Source: Candidatus Nomurabacteria bacterium (lineage in GTDB: Bacteria; Patescibacteriota; Patescibacteriia; UBA1558; GWA2-36-10). From it: DNA of 64,000 nucleotides. Positions 63,907 through 64,000 of the stretch are shown here, one piece after another. Every line of letters starts with the position of its first letter. Position 1 is the stretch's first letter. Position numbers and translations under genes: made by a program. The notes beneath the pieces are model-generated. The model was not told the origin of the DNA, did no database searches, and saw only the letters and a program-made list of their open reading frames with translations. The stretch lies in contig JACKFO010000002.1 in the NCBI GenBank assembly GCA_020632415.1, positions 228,605 to 292,604 of the forward strand, read 5' to 3'.

Positions 63907-64000
63907 ACATTTGTCTTAGGTCAGACAAATGTATTATAATACAGGAGTAAATTAATTTAAAGTATGCGTAAAAAAATTCAAAAAAGAATCATGTTTGTTT

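Noticed and set aside
1-64000. CRISPR arrays, IS elements/transposases, prophage blocks, rRNA operons
   Set aside because: A scan for regularly spaced direct repeats, transposase motifs (DDE) and phage structural genes found none. The only notable direct repeat is the 25-nt tRNA 3'-end duplicate at 57839/57932.

Overview
This 64 kb window is AT-rich (about 30% G+C by eye), gene-dense bacterial chromosome. Almost all of it is coding; after the first 15 kb most genes are on the minus strand. Several traits match a small-genome, Patescibacteria/CPR-like organism: an RpoA without an alpha-CTD, a short AlaRS, few Shine-Dalgarno sequences, leaderless promoters, a type IV pilus locus, and an AMP-phosphorylase gene. 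This taxonomic reading is inference.

Content from start to end:
- 1-2.1 kb: a ribosomal/RNAP block, rpsD (3' end)-rpoA-rplQ-rplM-rpsI.
- 2.2-8.6 kb: a surface-glycan cluster, Wzx-like flippase, two GT4 and three tandem GT2 glycosyltransferases.
- 8.6-15.3 kb: lysS, a lipoprotein cyclophilin, serS, alr, an FtsQ-like gene, and a lone Xer-family tyrosine recombinase. An imperfect 11-8-11 palindrome sits directly upstream of the recombinase and is a candidate dif-like site.
- 15.2-15.5 kb: a GC-rich islet carrying a self-contained small-gene unit (48-aa membrane ORF).
- 15.5-19.2 kb: a MEMO1-like::CapA fusion gene and a co-transcribed 602-aa secreted protein.
- 19.2-25.6 kb: an EnvC-like M23 peptidase, gltX, a WecG/TagA GT26, thpR, a 479-aa secreted protein, and a second LigB/Memo-like protein.
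- 26.0-27.4 kb: def-fmt.
- 27.9-32.0 kb: an S41 peptidase, a processive QxxRW GT2 synthase, and class-2 pyrD.
- 32.1-38.9 kb: a type IV pilus locus. It contains a PA14-domain protein, three prepilin-type proteins (one a 632-aa pilin fused to an LVIVD beta-propeller), PilC and PilB.
- 38.9-46.8 kb: a NUDIX gene, secA, hpf, a short alaS, a membrane protein, mnmA, and a YjjX-like NTPase.
- 46.8-47.1 kb: a second GC-rich islet (strong promoter, 63-aa ORF or structured RNA, terminator).
- 47.1-52.3 kb: a tight four-gene operon, membrane protein / FtsK-HerA-superfamily (TraD/VirD4-like) ATPase / AMP-phosphorylase-like / NUDIX.
- 52.4-57.7 kb: a protein with sigma-70 region 4 at its N-terminus, secF, a secD carrying an inserted parvulin PPIase domain, a methyltransferase, and a hypothetical.
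- 57.8-57.96 kb: tRNA-Gln(CUG) followed by a duplicated remnant of its 3' half.
- 58.0-64.0 kb: a small hypothetical (58002-58238), dnaX, and an 813-aa protein that is the fused form of the split membrane-partner + ATPase pair found at 49-52 kb.

No rRNA, CRISPR array, transposase or prophage block is visible.
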